From: Leidyana gryllorum EB-2025a
Taxonomy: Eukaryota; Protista; Apicomplexa
Direction of reading: 5' to 3'
Length of the DNA: 64,000 nucleotides
Assembly: GCA_048772705.1 (NCBI GenBank)
Contig: JBLWGC010000230.1
Coordinates: 62,001 to 126,000 of the forward strand
The notes under the pieces are model-generated. The model was not told where the DNA came from, searched no databases, and saw only the letters and a program-made list of their open reading frames with translations. The position numbers were made by a program, and so were the translations under genes. Below, in pieces: positions 35,716 through 48,938 of this stretch. Position 1 is the first letter of the stretch. The number at the start of each line of letters is the position of its first letter.

Positions 35716-37073
35716 ATGTGGGGAGCTATATGGTTACTCCTTACGCTCGTGGACGGCCATACACCACTCCACACGGAACAAACGAAGGCGCCAACCGACC
35801 CAAAAATCATCGAGGAAAGTCGTCAAGTTACGTTATCAAATGGTCTCCCATGGCCCAGTCTAGAAAGTGATCCCAGGGCCTTCGCCCTCTGCTTTCAGAC
35901 CAACGCCGGGCTGCTGAATCCCACCATTTGGCAAAGATGGCTAGAGGAAGCTTATGACTGGATTCACAAGTCGGGGTTGGAAGAAGAATCCGTAAAGCCC
36001 GAACAATCCAAGATCCTCCGCACATTCGTCCATCACTCTGCTATTCTGAGAGGAGACGCTGTGCGAGACGTCCTTCCGCCATTAATGAAGGGAGGAGTCG
36101 TTCCAAATCCAAGTCCTTGCAGATGGGGACCCACGAACGGATGTACTCATCGGTAAATAGTAGATTCCCAAGTGCCCTCCCCTCATCTTTGTATACTGCA
36201 GGCTACTGGAATACGCGTTTGAGACCTGTGAAGAGTGCGGATACTTCTTCATGGTATCAGACAATTCTATGCCTCTGTTGCGATTCCAAGATATGTATGA
36301 AGCCTTTTTGGCTGACAAGCGAATGCGAGTTAGACTCACCTTCCCGGTTTACATGTGGGCATATGGGACTTTTGTATCTAAGGCGAGCCTTTGGAAAGGA
36401 ATGCCTCGTAATATAGTTGCGGTACTGGTGGAGAACAAAGAGGAGTGGGTACCAGGTATATGGCTGGCCAGCGACTTCCACGCACATACTCTGGCGGCCC
36501 CTGATGAATGGCAGATCTTCCTGCCTTTGGTACGACGATTCGGAGAGTCCCTCTTCGATATGATCACTGACGGAAGTTCATTCAGTTCGGATCCGAAGTT
36601 TGACCGCACAGTGTGGATCAAGGACTGCTGGTCGTTTGAACAATGTCCGCATAGCGAATGGAGCGGCGATCACTTTCCTGTCACCATCAAGTCATTCGAT
36701 CAGGGATTCTTAGACGAAATGTTCGCTGATCCGCACCTATGGTTCTTCCGCAAATGCACCGATGAAAGCACGGTAAGTGACGGACGTGTCAAAGAGTGTG
36801 TTGCAATGTGTGTCTCCTGCTGTTCAGGTTAAAACGAAGGACGGCAAGCTCGAGAAGTTGTACGACTATATGACTACGAACCTATTGAAGTTTGATTCTC
36901 ACACAGTATTGAATACTACATCCCTCAAGACGCCCGACTACCGTCAACACGAGGATTGGCCCAGTTTTGTTCAGGACGCGATCGACTATAAGCCGCCCCT
37001 CCCGTATTTAGTTGCTGATCTGGAAGGGCTCAAGAAAGCGTTTGTTGACGACAAGAATGACAGGCAGTACTAA
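35716..37073 (+). CDS. Branch/core-2 I-branching (GT14-like, DUF266) glycosyltransferase, copy 2
   Basis: Signal peptide, FALCFQ..IWQRW, FVHH, CRWG, RLLEYAF..FMVSDNSMPLLRF, KASLW, APDEW, WFFRK. Confidence 0.7.
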
Positions 37074-37086
37074 AAACGCTCGCTTT

Positions 37087-37557
37087 TCAGAGAGCACCCA
37101 TTCCCTGAATGTGCTTAGTAAGATAATCGTAGGCAGCGGATTTGGCACCATATTTGACGATGGCGGCGGAGGACGCACCGACGATCTTACGAGCCTGGCC
37201 TTCACGGTCTATCTTGCAGAGACCAGCCCAGCGGCCGAGGTCTTTGGAATCGGGGACCTTGATCACGGGGATCTTGTGGGACTTGGCCAAAAGAGTAATA
37301 GCCTGAGCGATGGCTTGCTCCTCGACGTTCTCAGCGAGGAAAACGACGTGGGCCATCTCGGCCTCGATGGCCTTCACAACTTGGTTGAGACCGCATTTGA
37401 CGCCGTTCTCGACCAAAGCTTCCTTCATCACGCGGGCGATGGCCTCGTCAATGCTGTGGACTGCCTCCTCCATGATGTCAGCGGTAAGGGGAGCAGCATC
37501 GGCCATCTGGCCAGTGCCAGTGGGGAGAGCGGGGTCTTGCTGGAGGGCAGCGTCCAT
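37087..37557 (-). CDS. RPS12: 40S ribosomal protein S12 (eS12)
   Basis: L7Ae fold with LGRWAGLCKIDREGQARKIVGAS. Confidence 0.95.
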   Translation of the reverse strand: MDAALQQDPALPTGTGQMADAAPLTADIMEEAVHSIDEAIARVMKEALVENGVKCGLNQVVKAIEAEMAHVVFLAENVEEQAIAQAITLLAKSHKIPVIKVPDSKDLGRWAGLCKIDREGQARKIVGASSAAIVKYGAKSAAYDYLTKHIQGMGAL

Positions 37558-37687
37558 TTTCTGTCACACGCTCTGGTCTTCGCTAAGACGGCAAGCCGTA
37601 CGCTCTGGTCTTCACGTAGAAAGAAAAGGGCACTCAAAAAAAACACTATCAAATTTCTTGTGAAGACCATCCATTTTGTCTCCGCAC

Positions 37688-38185
37688 TTATTCTTGTTGG
37701 AACACCTGCCGAAGTTGTAGGTAAATGCTTCTGATCAACCTCATGGTTAACCTCGCGAGTGCCACGACGATAATTAGCAACGCGATCTCCCATATGATGT
37801 GAATAACAAACGCATAGGCACGGTCGAACCAGGTGAACCCGTTCGTGGGTGCAGCGACAGTCTCCTCCGACCCGGTTTGCGGGACCCCCACCGGCTTGTG
37901 GACTATCCTATTCATCAGCGCATTCTCGTGTCCCAACAGAATACCTTCAGTTCGTCCCAGAAGATATGCTTTTTGGACCACGTGCGAGCAGCAGCTTACG
38001 CCACATCCCATAGATTGCGGCACGATGCTGTTTTCAGTTTCCTTGTACACCAGCTCTTCAACTACAGGAGGCGGTTCCGGTGTGGTGAGGGGTGGAACTA
38101 TGCTTTCGCACAGTGTGACACATAGTCGTCTCAGTTTTGAACCGAAATGTAGCTTATTGCTGGGTTTCTGTAACACAGCCCTCAT
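37688..38185 (-). CDS. Hypothetical protein with C-terminal TM helix
   Basis: 165-aa ATG ORF containing IWEIALLIIVVALARL. Confidence 0.55.
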   Translation of the reverse strand: MRAVLQKPSNKLHFGSKLRRLCVTLCESIVPPLTTPEPPPVVEELVYKETENSIVPQSMGCGVSCCSHVVQKAYLLGRTEGILLGHENALMNRIVHKPVGVPQTGSEETVAAPTNGFTWFDRAYAFVIHIIWEIALLIIVVALARLTMRLIRSIYLQLRQVFQQE

Positions 38186-38204
38186 CACTTTTTCTTTTTT
38201 TACT

Positions 38205-41200
38205 CTACAAATTGATGACTGTGCCCTCTCTGCTGATGTTCTCGTCCCTCCCCAACTAGCCCCACGTAGATACTCCGCAAGTCCACAAGTGGTACTGGAG
38301 CGAGTTTAGCGATGGTATCCGCAGCCTGCAAGCGGAATGGAGAATGTCAGCAGCCTTGTCGTCGTCACCTGATGACAAGGGGTGTCGACATTAGAGTGCT
38401 CCTCAACCCAACTCTGCACTTTCAGGTCGTCAGGATGGGCCGCTCTCAGCAGCACACACATTTCTTTAATGGGTTCCAGGCTTTGAATGCGGCTTTTCAG
38501 TAGTCCAACGAGGCCACTGATCACACAATTGAATCGTTGAGACGACCACTCCAGACGTAAAGACCTTCGCTTGCAATCGTCACAGATTCGTCGCAGTCCC
38601 ATCAACACTTTGTTCGGATTTACGCAGAGTGTGCAAACAACTCGGAACCGATATAGGTTCCTGAGTGCCTCATAGGCAGCCTCAATACACATTTGACACG
38701 CCTCGGTCAAACTCGGTTTCCACGAGCACTTGACGCATGGGGTCAACTGCCGATCGATTATGCCAAGGAGCAGGCCAACTCTGTAAGTTACCTGGAGAGC
38801 GTCGCTCAACGAGCGCAGTTGGTAACATTTCATGCACGGGCTCCATAAATCTTGGCTGTCAATCTCACTCTTGACATCGACCTGCCCCGTCATCCAAGCC
38901 TTGATGTGCTCCAAGCCACAGATTGCTTGACCATCGCCCGCAAACACACCCTCCTCACCCAAGTCACCCCTGACTTCCCCGACGTCAGCATCCTTCATGC
39001 CTGCGTAACGTTGACACACGATGCTGTTGACATAGAACGAGGGCGCACCTAATGACTGTGCCAATCGGCCTTTGGTTATACCGGGAACGTATTGACAGAG
39101 ACGGAGAACAGGCGGTAATATCTGTACCTTGAGGTACCAAGCAATGTCTGGTTCCTTGCGTCTCGTCCGTGCCTCTCTCAGATCCCAAGCGCGATCGCCC
39201 AGACTCGTCCCTTTGGCGTCTGGCCTCGCATCCGTGCAGATCACATAGCTGATCTCCAGCCCCGGGTGGACCTGAGCTCCTTTTCCCTGCATCGCAGCGG
39301 CGACTGCGACATGTGGGAACTGATTTGGGGTGGCATAGGCCGAGGGCAGCTTGTTTAAGCACTTTGTAATGGCATATTCGCTCAGAGGTGCCCTGCAGTG
39401 GAGACTGTGGGAGCGAGCATCAGTCGACTTCTCTCACTGTTTTTGGTGAATGACTTCAGCCTTTCTCTCGAGAACTTCACAGATAGCAGCTGCGGGATCG
39501 TCGTCCTGTTTGGCGTGAAAGATTACATCGATGATGGTGTGGCCAATATCCTTGGTGATCTTGCACCAGTCACGACGGACAATATCAACACCTTTGATCT
39601 CTTTAACGAATCTCTTTTGGGCGATATCAGCGACCTTCAAAGCTGCGTATTTCTTCTTCCGAAGCAACAATAACTTCTTGAAGATCGCCTCAACCTCCAA
39701 CTCCAGGCGTGTGTGGTGTTTGTTCACTTCTTGGACAATTTTCTGGGCTTTCTGCTCAGTGAAAGTGATGAGTGGGTTCTAACCGCCTTCATCTCACCTC
39801 CAAAGCATCATAATAACTCCGCGCGTCGTCGTCTCGGATCCCACTATCAACCATCAAGGAATCGGTGTCACCGTACACAACACGGCATCCCATTTGCTTT
39901 TCGACGCGGTCTTTGGTCATCTACGGGCATTGACGGTGGCTGGCATACTCAGTTCGAGGTTCGCTCACCATGAGAATGTGCCGTCCCCAGGCTGTGGTGG
40001 TGGCTGCGATGTGTGGGGCATAGAAACGAAACGCCTGGAATCCAAGAGAGCCGTATATGGAGTTGGCGATAAGTTTGATTGCCTTTTGGCGGACCTCCAA
40101 TGCACCTATGTTCTCACCGCCAAGTCTAATCTGAGCTTTCACAGCCCGGCGACGCTGAAAGATTCAGAATATCCCTTTGCCTCATCCTTCCTTGGAATAG
40201 GGTTACCTGGACCAGACTGGCCAAGAGGTTGGGTAGCAGAGCGCGCTGATCGTCAGCCCCTTTGTAGCGTTTGGCGTCAATGTCACTGTTGCCACTCCCG
40301 ACAACAGTTGCATCGTGGCAGGTGGTGAAACACAAGTTGAATTCTTGGATAATGGACGGATACAGCGACGCAAAATCGAGGTAAAGAATGAATGTGTCAT
40401 ACAGTCCCGAGATAGGTTCGAGCACCAGACCACCCTCGTAGCCTGCCCCAGTGAAGAGTTGTTCCTCGTCTTTCTCTTCCTCGTCGTCTGCCGCTCGCGG
40501 GCTCGCAGCCTTTTTCTTGGAAGTCTGCTTCTGATCGCCAAACGGGCGTCCTCTGTTGGGCTCTGGCGGAAGCAGTTTATTCTGGCGGAACACATGGAGA
40601 AGGAGATATTCATTACGTTCTGCCCTCTGACAAAATAGTGAACGGTTCCACAGAGATCCGGCCACTTGAGACAACTCCAATGTGAGTTGCAGTATCTGCA
40701 AGTCGAGCATCAACTGCAGAGATAATCTCCCTTCCTCCAGCAGCAGACTATGGAATACCACCGGGAACGGATGGACCCCGGCAATCTCCGAGAGAGGCTG
40801 CAAACTTGGACGCAGTGCCACCTCTTTATTCTGGGAGCTCAGACTGTCATAGAGTTGCTGATCAGATGGCAGCAGTTGCGAATACTTCTCTCCCTCACGC
40901 ATCACTTCGGACACAAGGGATTTGAGTGTGTAATCAGTCTACATGGCATTGCTGCTGCAAGTCGGTGCCAAGCTTTACCTTAGACCCCAAAACCTCGGGT
41001 GCTTGCTTGTACAAGTCGCAGATGAGTCGGCCGTTGAAGAGCTGTCGCCCCAATTCGTAGGGATTCTGCTCCACGGGAGACACGTGTGCGTTCGAAACAC
41101 ACCCGACTGCTTACTGATCGAATCCAGTTGGAGGGCATGACACCCAGCGTGCGCCGCAGTCTGCTGAGCTTCGCCCAGTTACGACACCCAGAAGCACTGA

Positions 41201-43515
41201 CGTGGCTAACTAACGACCCGAAGCCAATGCCGTAGAGGTCGTGGCCGACTATGACGTCCGGATCCAGTACGCTAACCTGATGGCACATATAGTCCATCAC
41301 GTCGCAGAGATTATGGCGGCAAAACTTGAAGGCGGACTGGGCCGCCTTGAGGGTTTCCGGGGGACATTCCATCTTGTTGGAGACGAAAAGAGTTGTAGCG
41401 CTCTCTGCCCTCTCCTTCAAGTTGAACTTCGAACCGCTCTGGACATTCCAGTGACGCAGGGCCACCATACTGACCGCGAGACACATCAAGACGCCCTTCT
41501 CTTTGAAGGCTTTAATTGATATACTCAGAGCAGTCAAAGGTGGCACGGCAGGCAACTTGGCAGGTGGTTGCTCAACCCAAGCGAGCATTTTATATGAGGG
41601 CACTCGTAGGCACAGAGCAGTGTTCACAGGTGACTCGGCCGATGGAACGATATTAGCCCCGCGCAACAAGATCCATCCTGGGCCCATAATGCGCCGTTTT
41701 ATCTGCGAGGTGGCCGAAGCACGAGATACATCAGTGCCAACACGGAATTCCTACCATGAGGGCTTCTTGAAGTGATCGGTTGGCCCCGAAAACATGAGTG
41801 ACGCCCTCGACCTTGAAGACACTCTCGTGTGGAAGTCGAACAGACCCAGGAATGGTCATCTGTTGAGCTGCCGAGTCAATTCTGCGTCAGAGGGTGGCAG
41901 TTACCTTGACTAAAAGTTGGGTGACGTTGGGGTCAATGCCGTCACTTGCACAGAATGGCAATTTGCGTTTGCACAATGTCACTCGCAGGGTGGTGGTCGG
42001 CAGCCTCTGTAGTACTCCTTGGATGTGAGGTGCGAGTTCTGTGAGAATTTGACGGCATTCTGCCTGTATGTACAATTCTCAGCCTTTTTGAGAGTTGAAG
42101 TGAACTTACAGAGTTTGAGATATCTTGAGGCTGCTTGCGCAACCTCAGATAGACATTTCGCGGTATGTCAGGTACTACGAGCCCACAACTGTAACTGACA
42201 GACAGATTTTGGGGTTGAACAACCTGGGAGTCTGGCGTGTGCAATCTCGAGTGTGTCAAGGCACTCTTACTTTCCCGAAGAGGTAAACTTGGCCAAAGCC
42301 GGGTCCGTTTGGAACTTCGTAGATGTCAACAAAGTAAAAGGGGATACAGGGGATGTCGTTGATGTCGAGCTGGAAGGGCTCTAATCCTTCCCCAGGTGCA
42401 GTTGCCACGATCTCAACTTTCGGTTTCGATTCGTCCATTTCCAATATCGAGTCCAAGAAAGCTTTGGCTATCGGCGCGGTGTCGTCGTCATGCGTTGGAG
42501 GAAGCGGCCTTCCTTCGGTGGAGGCGGTGGGTTCCTCGGCAATGTCATCACTTTTGTCATCAGTCGCGTCAGGCTTGGGGGCATGGGGCTCACATTGCCC
42601 CCCTACAGTCGCCGGGTCGGGCACCTTCTCTTGAGGTTGGAAGAAAGAAGGGTTGTCTTCTTCTCCCATGTAGAGGGGTTGAGCGATATCGCAGCCAACT
42701 CCTTCCTGTGTGGAAACCATGTTTAGGGTTTCCCCTACGGGTTGGGGGGGTTCAAACGCTGGGGGTTGGTGAGTCTGTTTGGGGGGCATCGCAGCATTGT
42801 CGTCTTTTGATTTGTCAACATTGGCCTCTTTGGGTTTGGTATTCCTTCCGAGGAATGAATAGTGGGCCTTCAATGATTTATAGTCCAGCTTGGGTCTCAA
42901 GCAGGCTTTCGCTTTGCTTTCAGCCTCAAGATCTTGATCCATATCCGCCAATAGATCATCTTCAGCCAGATCGATAGCCGCCTTTGGCGCGAGCATATTC
43001 TTGAGGACGGCTTGCCGACGTCCATCAGTTTTCAAGTCGCTCCCCGACTCTCGTTCTCGTCTGCGTTTGGCCGCCACTGCAGTTCGGGCGTGTTATGTTT
43101 GGACGGCGGCTGCGCGAAGAGACGAGCTTACCCTCATTGAACAAGTCGACGTCCTCTCGTTGGCGTTTCCTACGTCCCTGATTGTGGAGATCGGGGTTGG
43201 AGTCCTCGATGTCATACTTGAGACAGCTCTCCTCGTAGGACTGATAGTTGCCGACCTCTCCAACGTCGTCCTCATCTTCGACATAGTCACCACCATCATC
43301 GTCTACTATGAAGCCTTTGGAAGTTCGTTGTTCCTTCAACTTGTTATACTCATTCTCGTCAACTTCTTGAATCAAGTCTTCGTCATCCTGAGCCAGTCAG
43401 TCTTCAGTCAGAGGAGGTTTACACTACACTGTGTCACCTGCACAATATCTAAAGCGCTAATGGCGCCCTCTCGGACTTTCTTGAGTCCAGCAAGGGCTGC
43501 CTTGTAGTCTTTCAT
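38205..43515 (-). CDS. POLA1: DNA polymerase alpha catalytic subunit, multi-exon
   Basis: [13 protein letters not shown]-terminus, [73 protein letters not shown], and a C-terminal Cys cluster. Confidence 0.96.
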
Positions 43516-43565
43516 CTAATGTTCGATTGAAATATAAGGAAGAATATCAAAAATGACCAAGTTAT

Positions 43566-44895
43566 CTAGCTAGCGAGGTCCAAAACCCTGCTCTCCGGCA
43601 CAACGCCGCCGCTAGGCACATCCATACCGCCTAATTGCGCTGTCGGGGATTCCTGGAATCCTTGAGGCTGTCTGCCCAAATGAGCATTCCGGGGATCGTT
43701 CAGATCTGTGGGCTGAGCGGAGGATCCCTTGGCCCTGCCACTGGAGGTTCGGCTGCCCAACCCCCGAGGTCCGCCCTGCTGCTCCACATCGAGCAGAGGC
43801 TGGTCAGTCCCATGGACACCTGCTGTGTTTTGAGGTCCGCTGCTGGAGGCCTTCTCGCCCTCAAGCGAACTCTCCAGCGCGTCCATGGAGTTGACGGCTC
43901 GGCCGGCGAAAACCATAAGGAAGGAGGTGAGGCCTAAGGAAGAAACTCTGTCGAAGATGAGGAACCCGAAGCCAAACACACAGAACATGGCAATCAACTC
44001 GATAGCCCTCCAGGGAGGCTGGCCGCCCAACTTGATGAGTCTGTTGGCCACAATGTTCTTGACGAAGGGCAGCACCGCTGCGGTGGCCAAGCAGCCCCAC
44101 ATCAGCCAGGTGTATCCCTTGGACAGATCATCGGGCATGTAAGTGAGGAAACGACGCTCGCGAGTGAAGGCAATGATGAAAGGCAGCACAATGACCCCGA
44201 TGAGCGTCTGGTGGTTGTGGAGAGAGTTGCCCAAACCACGCACAGTGTGCATGGCACGTTCCAGGAAGCACCCACGGTAGGTAGCAGAAGCCAAGGCGTA
44301 GAGAATAGCAACAGGAACGGCATTAGCCCCCAGACTGAGGTTGTCGAAACAGGCCACAAAGAAGCCGATGAACATCAGCACGATGGCAATCCACCTAATG
44401 GGTCGATAAATCTGACCGCATCCAATGAATCTCGCAACATGATGACCGCATACAGCAAGGGCCACTGCGACGGGGAAAATCGCAACAGAGGGCAACTTGG
44501 CCAGGAGAATGTTGCCAAAGGTAATCATAGCCAAAAAGGCGGCGGTGGGGAAAGCAAGATCTCCCAACTGTAGCAGGCATTGACGAGGAGCGGGGGGGTG
44601 GTTAACAACTCACCTGTTTCCATTCAATCTTCACAGGTACGAAATAAGCCAAACGAGGGTACTCCTTTCCACATTCTCCCAATACGCGGGCGTATAAAAG
44701 ACCAATGGCAAACTGGAACCATGTGACAGTGATGGGGAAAGGGATAACAACGGCCATAAGATAGTGCAAAACCAGTATGTTTCCAACACTCAGAAGCCCG
44801 AAGAGCAACTCGAGAGTGACCAGCGTAGGATCCTTGAGGAACTTACGCCGGTCTGCCGGATCAATACGTACTCTCGGACAACGAATATGCGACAT
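43566..44895 (-). CDS. GAP40: Glideosome-associated protein 40 (polytopic IMC protein); one intron
   Basis: VTWFQ..LGECGKEYPRLAYF, HHVARFIGCG, GNSLHNHQ, WGCLATAAVLPFVKNIVANRL..GQPPWR match apicomplexan GAP40 as recalled. Confidence 0.85.
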
Positions 44896-44963
44896 CCTGA
44901 ATGCACGTCGAGGGGGAGCACACTCTAGTGCATGTGTTCGCGCTTGCACCCTTTCAAATAACG

Positions 44964-45278
44964 ATGAACATGAAATCGCTGTTCCAAACTAAGTCACCCT
45001 TGCAGAATGCCCTTGACCGGCTTCCCTACTACATCCGCCCCCGCCGTCAATGCAACCTCCGGAATGCCATGCATTGCAGATGGACTCAATTTGTTCTAGG
45101 ACTTCTCATTGCTATCTTCATTGGATTGATGATATTGGCTGTCATCCGCCGCTACGCCGTGCCCATGCGCCGGTGCTATAGACAAGCGAAGGCCCGAGCG
45201 GCTGCATCCTTCGAACGGGCATCAAGTGATGAGTCATCTGAGCCCCGTCCCCGCGGCGGCCGCAAGAAGCGCAACTAG
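44964..45278 (+). CDS. Small single-pass membrane protein
   Basis: TM segment FVLGLLIAIFIGLMILAVI followed by a basic tail. Confidence 0.55.
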   Translation: MNMKSLFQTKSPLQNALDRLPYYIRPRRQCNLRNAMHCRWTQFVLGLLIAIFIGLMILAVIRRYAVPMRRCYRQAKARAAASFERASSDESSEPRPRGGRKKRN

Positions 45279-45356
45279 GCACACTCACACGGAAATGTGC
45301 CCACATAATAATGTCAATCAATGCACAATGCTCGCGAACTCTTCCAATATGAACAA

Positions 45357-46554
45357 CTAAGTAATCTCTCGTCGGGTTGATTTCCAGTCCACGGCACTCG
45401 TTACGAGCCATAAACCGTCAACTGGCTCGCTGTCCTCTGTAACCTGCCACCAAATTACCGATCCAGTAAACACAGGGAGCGGCCGGGCACAACTGCCGAC
45501 AAAGCATGCCTCACCTGCTGAATTTGGCTGGCACCTTGCTCCTCATCGTTTACGTGCTCCAATTGCTCAGCGAGTTCCTCCAAGGTGAAGGGCCCAATGG
45601 GGGTGTCCTGAGGGGTACGCCGGAATAGCCACAGCAGCTTCTGACTTGACTTGTGATTGCCAGTCGTCTTCATGTCCGTCACCATCCGCTGCAGCTGATC
45701 CCTATTCTGAGTATAAACATCTGCAATAAGAGTCGGTGTCTCCAACAAACACACGTAAGGCGTATATGCTCACTGATGCCGGTTAGCATTAGCCCATCGC
45801 ACAAATCAATAATCTCATCCATCCGACTTTGAAATGCGGGCGGTAGCCGTGAAGGTCGCCAGCCCTTCTTATTCTTCGCTCCGGGCGCAGCTCCACCCTG
45901 AGCTTCCTCTTTGATTTTTCGCATGAGATCTATGGACACATCTGGCGTCACACCCACAGAACCAGCCTTACCCGTAGGTGTTGTTCTGCTCTCTGGGAGA
46001 AGATCAACGAGCTTTTGCACCTTTTGAGGGACACTAAGATTCGCATCCCTTCGCTGCTCGAGTCTTTGCTCGAGTTTCCGATGCTCTTCAGCACGCGCCT
46101 TTAACAGCTTGTCTTTCTTAAGCTCGTTCTCGAAACGTGCTGTCCCAGTGCCCTCGTCGACTTCGTCCAGCCACCGATCCCGCGCACTGCGCCGGGCCAT
46201 CTCGGCTGCCGCGTCTTCATCGTCGCTGTATTCTTTCTCTCCCAAGTCTTCTCTGACTGTGGTGACCTTATAGCCCAAGTCTACAGGTTTGCCCTCCGAG
46301 ACTGCTCCTTCCAGATCAATCTTCTGCTTCTCATCTTCTTCGGGCTCGCTCTCATCATCAGACTCGCTCAATCGTCGTTGACGCTTCGCGCCTTTTCGTA
46401 AGGGAAATAATTCCTCGTTATCCAAGCCCAACTGGCGCTTCTTTGCCATACGACGCCCTTTTACCTTCCGCATGTCATCGTCATCGCTACCCTCTTCGCC
46501 GGAAGAGTTACCATTCTCCCCCCACTGCTGACGCGTCCGTCGACTTGCGTTCAT
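45357..46554 (-). CDS. CD2BP2: LIN1/CD2BP2 (U5-52K)-like splicing factor
   Basis: Acidic N-terminus, DRWLDEVD, IIDLCDGLMLTG..DVYTQNRDQL, and a degenerate GYF domain W..GPFTLEEL. Confidence 0.7.
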
Positions 46555-46576
46555 AAACGAATTTTGCACAACCAGT

Positions 46577-47152
46577 TCATGCTAATGATTTGAAGTGAGA
46601 GTCTAACCCTATGTCAGTGGCAAAAGGCTTGAATCGTTCCATCAGTCTATCGAATACGGCCTGTGATGGTCCTTGTCGGTAACGGACTGGTGGGCTCCAC
46701 GGGTATGTGGGAGGTTCTGCACTCAGGTCCGGAGGCACCCAATCAGCCCACTCGTCATCCATCTGGTCCTCTTCCTCTGCGGATTGGAGGGTGTCTCCTC
46801 CGTCACCATCCTCATCGGTCAGTGCGGCCTGTTGGCACACAGTGAGAATCCCCACATCCACGTAATGAAGATGCTCACTGGCCACCACAGTGTACTGCGG
46901 CCCGCTACCCGCCAAGTCCTTACCTTCGGACAGCCACTGCACGGCTTGAGTGGCCAAGTCCGTCAAACGTTCCCATGGACTCCGACTGGTCTGCTGTCCC
47001 TTGATTTTCTCACCATCAGCAGTCACTGTGTCTCCCACATCGGGCATCTGCTCTTCTTTGAGTCGAAGAAGAACCATGCGACAGTCATCGGTGACGGCGG
47101 CTGTGCCTGTCAAGGCGCACAGCACACCGGTCCACCAAGCCAACTGCTTCAT
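46577..47152 (-). CDS. Secreted orphan protein, tandem family member A
   Basis: Signal peptide. Motifs VGILTVCQ and WA..PPTYP are shared with the neighbours. Confidence 0.7.
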   Translation of the reverse strand: MKQLAWWTGVLCALTGTAAVTDDCRMVLLRLKEEQMPDVGDTVTADGEKIKGQQTSRSPWERLTDLATQAVQWLSEGKDLAGSGPQYTVVASEHLHYVDVGILTVCQQAALTDEDGDGGDTLQSAEEEDQMDDEWADWVPPDLSAEPPTYPWSPPVRYRQGPSQAVFDRLMERFKPFATDIGLDSHFKSLA

Positions 47153-47285
47153 CAGTATGGGAAAAGTGTACGATACTGTCCCACCTGTCTTTTACTCGAC
47201 CATTGTACCAGCGAGAAAACGGTGTGGTCCGCCTACCGTGGAGACATTGTGATTGCGACTAAGTTATCGTGCTGTTCAATGAAGC

Positions 47286-48938
47286 TCAATAGCCAAAAGC
47301 TTTAGAATTTGACTCGAATTCTCCGTCAGCAGCTTGTTCAGGATCATCCATTGACTTGAGGTAATCCTCAAGAAAGGCCATGAATATCGGCTGAATTGGT
47401 TTTGGGACAATCTTAGGGATATTGTAGGTCAACGGAGTGAGCTGCATGGCACCGAGGAACTCGATCGCCGGTCTATCGTACTCCTCTGGCTCGAGGATGG
47501 GGATAAAACCGACTTCGGCCCAGTCATTGACTGAGAGTTCTCCGGCTGATTTAGCCTCCGCTTCTGCTGCCGTGGTCGTATCCGTGGAGGTGGTGTCTGA
47601 ATCTGCCGGGGAGGTTGAAGTTTCAGCCTCGGTGGTGGTTTCCTCGGACTGAGTTGGAGCGGGCGTGGTGGTATGTTTGGTAGACGGCTCGTGGACTGGC
47701 TGATGTCCAACGCCTGTGTAGTTTGGACCGGGAGGTCTCCGTTGCCGGTTCGGCCGGACACCGGGCAGACGTCCACGCGGACTACCGCTTTGTTCTAAAC
47801 CGGATCGGGAGTCGACCTCGTCGGACTCGCCGTAGGGCAGTCCCCCAGGGAACTCGGCTTCGTCGCGCTGCGTTTCGTCATCACCTTCTTCGGGGCCCCA
47901 CGGGTCCGATTTTGTGTCGTGTGGGTCTTCCCTGGGTCCAGCGTGTTGTCCAAAGTCGTCCCATGTCGCTCCTCCCTGTTCCGACTGTCTTTGAGGACTG
48001 ATGTGTCCCTCCCGCAAACCTGTCTGACCGCCTCTCAAGCCATGCCGTCCTCCATGCTGATCACCTGCGCCGCCACCGACTTGGGAGTGGGGGTTTCTAA
48101 TTCTTCCTTCCCGCCTTCCCCCCATATCTCCCTGACCATCGCGTTGGAAGTGTCCGTCTTCAGGGGCATATTGTCCCCACCCGCTGCCATGGTGACCAGT
48201 CCGTTGAAGAGGGATTCTTTGATTCGCCTCCGGACCGCCCCAGGGCACTGCTGCTGATTGTGACAAAGAGTCCACGAGGCTTGCGCCCTGCATCGCCGCG
48301 GCGTCTTCCTCGGAATGGTCAGCCGCGGACGACGCTGTTGTGGTGGTTGGCGCCTCTGAAGGATGCTCGTCCGCCTGCGCCTGTTTGTCAGCAGGCTCTG
48401 CTTCGGGGGACGAGTCGGATGGGGCCTTGGCGTCCTCTGCGGACGCGGGTTGACCCCCCTTTTGGCACACATTGTAAGTTGCTAATCCTAATCTGTTCAG
48501 GAAAAACTCAGGAGTGACAGCCATGTGGTGGCGGTCGCCGACGAGGCCGCCCAAGCTTTCCCAATATTTGGACACTCGTGCGAGCTGCAGCACAGGGCGG
48601 GCGATAGGGTCGAGTCCATCGTACGCGTCGAAGAGCGGATTCGCCGACTGGCCGACGATGGCGGCTGGATCGATAATTTGCGATCGGCTAAGATAGAGAG
48701 GTCGATCCATCCCCGACAGAGACATTCCCTTAAGATCGTCTCGTGGCTTTATGAAAGACTCTATGCCAAACTGGGGTAATGCAGCCGGTTTGGGAATGGT
48801 CTTGATGACTCGTTGCAAGCCATCCTCGTTCTTGATTTCATCGGGGTCCAGGTGGCGGGTCAGGAATAACCGGTGGCAGCCGTCATCAGCGAGTACACTC
48901 GCACTAAGGGTTAGCAGTACTTGAAGTACCAGCTTCAT
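47286..48938 (-). CDS. Secreted orphan protein with mucin-like/low-complexity linker, family member B
   Basis: Signal MKLVLQVLLTLSASVLA, LGLATYNVCQ, Gly/Thr-rich linker, WA..PLTY. Confidence 0.75.
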   Translation of the reverse strand: MKLVLQVLLTLSASVLADDGCHRLFLTRHLDPDEIKNEDGLQRVIKTIPKPAALPQFGIESFIKPRDDLKGMSLSGMDRPLYLSRSQIIDPAAIVGQSANPLFDAYDGLDPIARPVLQLARVSKYWESLGGLVGDRHHMAVTPEFFLNRLGLATYNVCQKGGQPASAEDAKAPSDSSPEAEPADKQAQADEHPSEAPTTTTASSAADHSEEDAAAMQGASLVDSLSQSAAVPWGGPEANQRIPLQRTGHHGSGWGQYAPEDGHFQRDGQGDMGGRREGRIRNPHSQVGGGAGDQHGGRHGLRGGQTGLREGHISPQRQSEQGGATWDDFGQHAGPREDPHDTKSDPWGPEEGDDETQRDEAEFPGGLPYGESDEVDSRSGLEQSGSPRGRLPGVRPNRQRRPPGPNYTGVGHQPVHEPSTKHTTTPAPTQSEETTTEAETSTSPADSDTTSTDTTTAAEAEAKSAGELSVNDWAEVGFIPILEPEEYDRPAIEFLGAMQLTPLTYNIPKIVPKPIQPIFMAFLEDYLKSMDDPEQAADGEFESNSKAFGY

